Shown here: positions 62,118 to 64,000 of the stretch, one piece after another
How positions within the stretch are numbered: the stretch's first letter is position 1
How the letters are laid out: every line of letters begins with the position of its first letter
DNA from: Acidobacteriota bacterium
GTDB taxonomy: Bacteria; Acidobacteriota; Blastocatellia; RBC074
Length of the DNA stretch: 64,000 bases
Assembly: GCA_022072205.1 (NCBI GenBank)
Contig: JAJVID010000137.1
Coordinates: 12,331-76,330, forward strand
Direction: 5' to 3'
The notes under the pieces: generated by a model
The model's database searches: none
Seen by the model: only the letters and a program-made list of their open reading frames with translations
What the model was told of the DNA's origin: nothing
Position numbers and translations under genes: made by a program

Positions 62118-63362
62118 ATGTCTATTTCACGAAGGCAATTTTGCGAATGGATGGCTGTCGGAAGCGGCGCGCTGGCGAATACGCCGCTTCAACCTGAGCT
62201 TTCGGGCGATTTGATGGCGGAACCGTCAAGCGCCGCCACAGGCTCGCATATCGGCAATCTTTATCCTTTCGTGCAGCGGCAGGCGGATCAATCGCCGCTG
62301 GAGCTATCGTTTCTGCGGCCGGAATTCACCAACTTGAAACGCTGGCAGCCGCGCGCGCGGGCGAAGGTTTTCGAGTTCCTGCTTTATGCGCCGCCGCGCG
62401 TCGCCCCGCAGCCGCAATTGATCAAGCGGACGGACAAAGGCGATTACATCGAAGAGTATCTGACGTTTCAGACAGCGCCTGATGTGCGCGTGCCCGCATA
62501 CGTTCTCACGCCGAAGCGCGCCAAGCTGCCCGCGCCCGGCGTCGTTGTGCTGCACAGCCACGATGGCCGCTACCTCTGGGGAAAAGAGAAGGTTGTCGAG
62601 AGCGAGCAGGAGCATCCCTGGCTCACTGAATTCAAAAAGTATCGTTATGGCGGCAAAGGCATCGCAGCGGAACTGGCGAGGCAGGGCTACGTGACCATCG
62701 CGATTGATATGTTTTATTGGGGCGAGCGGCGGATGATTCTGGACGATGATCCGGCGTCGTATCGTGATCGCCCGATCAGCATGACCGAGAAAGAGATTGA
62801 CGACTTCAACCGGCGCTCATCGCAGAATGAATCGCTGGTCGCGCGCAGCCTGCATACCGCCGGGATCAGTTGGCCCGGCGTGGTTTTGTGGGATGACATC
62901 AGAACCCTGGATTACCTGGCCTCGCGCCCCGAAGTGGATCGGAACCGCCTGGGTTGCGTGGGATTGTCAGTGGGCGGTTATCGCAGTTTTATGCTCGCGG
63001 CGCTTGACGAGCGGATCAAAGCGGCGGTGGCCGTAGGCTGGATGACTTCGTTTGCGGCGCAAATCAAACAGCACGTGACTTCGACCATCGGCTTTTCTTT
63101 TCACCTGCCGGGGCTGTATCGCTATCTGGATTTGCCTGATCTGGCGGCGCTCATTGCGCCGCGCTCCGCGCTGGTCATCAACGGATCGCAGGATCGGTTG
63201 TTCGCGCTCGACGGCGTGAAGGCGGCCTTTGACAAGATTGGGCGCTGTTACGCCAAAGCGGGCGCGCGCGAGCGACAACGTTGCAGTCTTTACGACGCGC
63301 CGCACGAGTTCAACCTGGCGATGCAGGATGAAGCCTGGGAGTGGTTCAGGCGTTGGGTCTAA
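62118..63362 (+). CDS. Alpha/beta hydrolase (Abhydrolase_7/acetyl-xylan-esterase-like), Tat-like leader
   Basis: 414 aa. SRRQFCEWMAVGSGALA leader, DYIEEYLTFQTAPDVRVPAYVLTP, GLSVGGYRSF elbow, late APHEF. Confidence 0.7.
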   Translation: MSISRRQFCEWMAVGSGALANTPLQPELSGDLMAEPSSAATGSHIGNLYPFVQRQADQSPLELSFLRPEFTNLKRWQPRARAKVFEFLLYAPPRVAPQPQLIKRTDKGDYIEEYLTFQTAPDVRVPAYVLTPKRAKLPAPGVVVLHSHDGRYLWGKEKVVESEQEHPWLTEFKKYRYGGKGIAAELARQGYVTIAIDMFYWGERRMILDDDPASYRDRPISMTEKEIDDFNRRSSQNESLVARSLHTAGISWPGVVLWDDIRTLDYLASRPEVDRNRLGCVGLSVGGYRSFMLAALDERIKAAVAVGWMTSFAAQIKQHVTSTIGFSFHLPGLYRYLDLPDLAALIAPRSALVINGSQDRLFALDGVKAAFDKIGRCYAKAGARERQRCSLYDAPHEFNLAMQDEAWEWFRRWV

Positions 63363-63410
63363 GCATTGCGGCGCTACTACCGCTCCGATCTTTCCTGATT
63401 ATCCAGACGA

Positions 63411-64000
63411 TTATTTGACGCTGATGCGGATGGTGTTGGCTGTTTGTCCGTCAACGGTGAGAATCAAGTCCACCTCGCCTCGGCCCGCGAGCGCGCGAGG
63501 AAGTTGAAGATTTATCTGGTCAAGCCCGGCGAATGAGCCTTGCGCCCCGGCGAAAAGCACTGGCGCATCAATCCCGCCGATTGTGGCGCTCACGGCGCTG
63601 AGCGAACTGCGGAAACGCCAGCCCGTGCCGTAAAGGATCAGGAAAACCTGGTCGGACGCCGCCCCCAGATCAATCGGGTTGGCGACGAATCTGCTTTGCG
63701 CCGCGTCCCACAACGATAGCGGTTCAGCGCTCTGAGCGCCGCCGGCCTTGATCCGCAAAGCCTGGCCGACGGCTGGGCCTTGCCCGCTGGAACTGGCGGT
63801 GAACAACCCCGGCGCGACGCGGGCAATCTGAATCGAGCCGCTGAAGACGCCGTCATTGCCGTTGGCGATTATCACGGTGGCCTGGCCGTCGGCGATTCCC
63901 TGCGGCATTTGATAATTGACCTGATTGGGCGAAATGAAAAACAGCGGCGCGCGGCGTTCAACGCCGGCGCTGTCTTTGACGGTCACGCTGGTGTTGGCCA
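63411..64000 (-). CDS. C-terminal part of a large secreted protein with TIGR03437-like (Solibacter-type) C-terminal domain; 5' end outside the window
   Basis: The frame stays open to the window edge. It contains APGLFTASSSGQGPA ... FAGAQGSFAGLDQINLQLP ... VDLILTVDGQTANTIRISVK. Confidence 0.6.
   Translation of the reverse strand, partial: ANTSVTVKDSAGVERRAPLFFISPNQVNYQMPQGIADGQATVIIANGNDGVFSGSIQIARVAPGLFTASSSGQGPAVGQALRIKAGGAQSAEPLSLWDAAQSRFVANPIDLGAASDQVFLILYGTGWRFRSSLSAVSATIGGIDAPVLFAGAQGSFAGLDQINLQLPRALAGRGEVDLILTVDGQTANTIRISVK

Overview
A 64-kb GC-rich bacterial chromosomal segment. The gene content suggests Acidobacteriota (Solibacter/Bryobacter-like), but that is inference only: a PSD1/DUF1553 + DUF1501 pair, a carboxypeptidase-regulatory-domain TonB receptor, a TIGR03437-like C-terminus, and many Tat-exported hydrolases. 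I recognised no rRNA, tRNA, CRISPR array, prophage or classical IS. Layout: (1) 1-19.9 kb holds mixed housekeeping and envelope genes: xthA, a PSD1/Rpn-like/DUF1501 operon, an MsbA-like ABC exporter, a UDG-family gene, an ECF sigma/anti-sigma pair, esterases, PPK2 and ThpR. (2) 19.9-27.7 kb is a minus-strand operon and the most unusual system in the window. It encodes a Tat-less, 8-Cys [NiFe]-hydrogenase small-subunit homologue, two tandem divergent large-subunit homologues, and a 3xPAS-GAF hybrid histidine kinase. One large-subunit copy lacks most Ni-ligand cysteines and ends in TGA TGA exactly at the Cys/Sec ligand position. I read this as a candidate sensory, possibly non-catalytic, hydrogenase-like module. 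No hyp maturation genes lie in the window. (3) 28-63.4 kb is a large divergently organised glycan-utilisation-like locus centred on a ROK regulator / M20 intergenic region. It carries a TonB receptor, GH20-like, GH42-like, DUF5107, DUF4091/GH123-like, two Tat-exported Gfo/Idh/MocA enzymes, an APC permease, and six alpha/beta-hydrolase paralogues. Three of these six, plus the paralogue at 1446..3470, have a catalytic domain followed by a Ser-to-Gly pseudo-hydrolase domain. Several families of long imperfect palindromic elements are scattered through the window. Most start a few nt after stop codons, and one 147-bp copy sits in-frame inside the anti-sigma gene. They include GTAACTGCTCAG-terminated MITE-like elements and inverted arrays of heptanucleotide repeats. 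All functional calls come from motif recognition by eye, with no database search.
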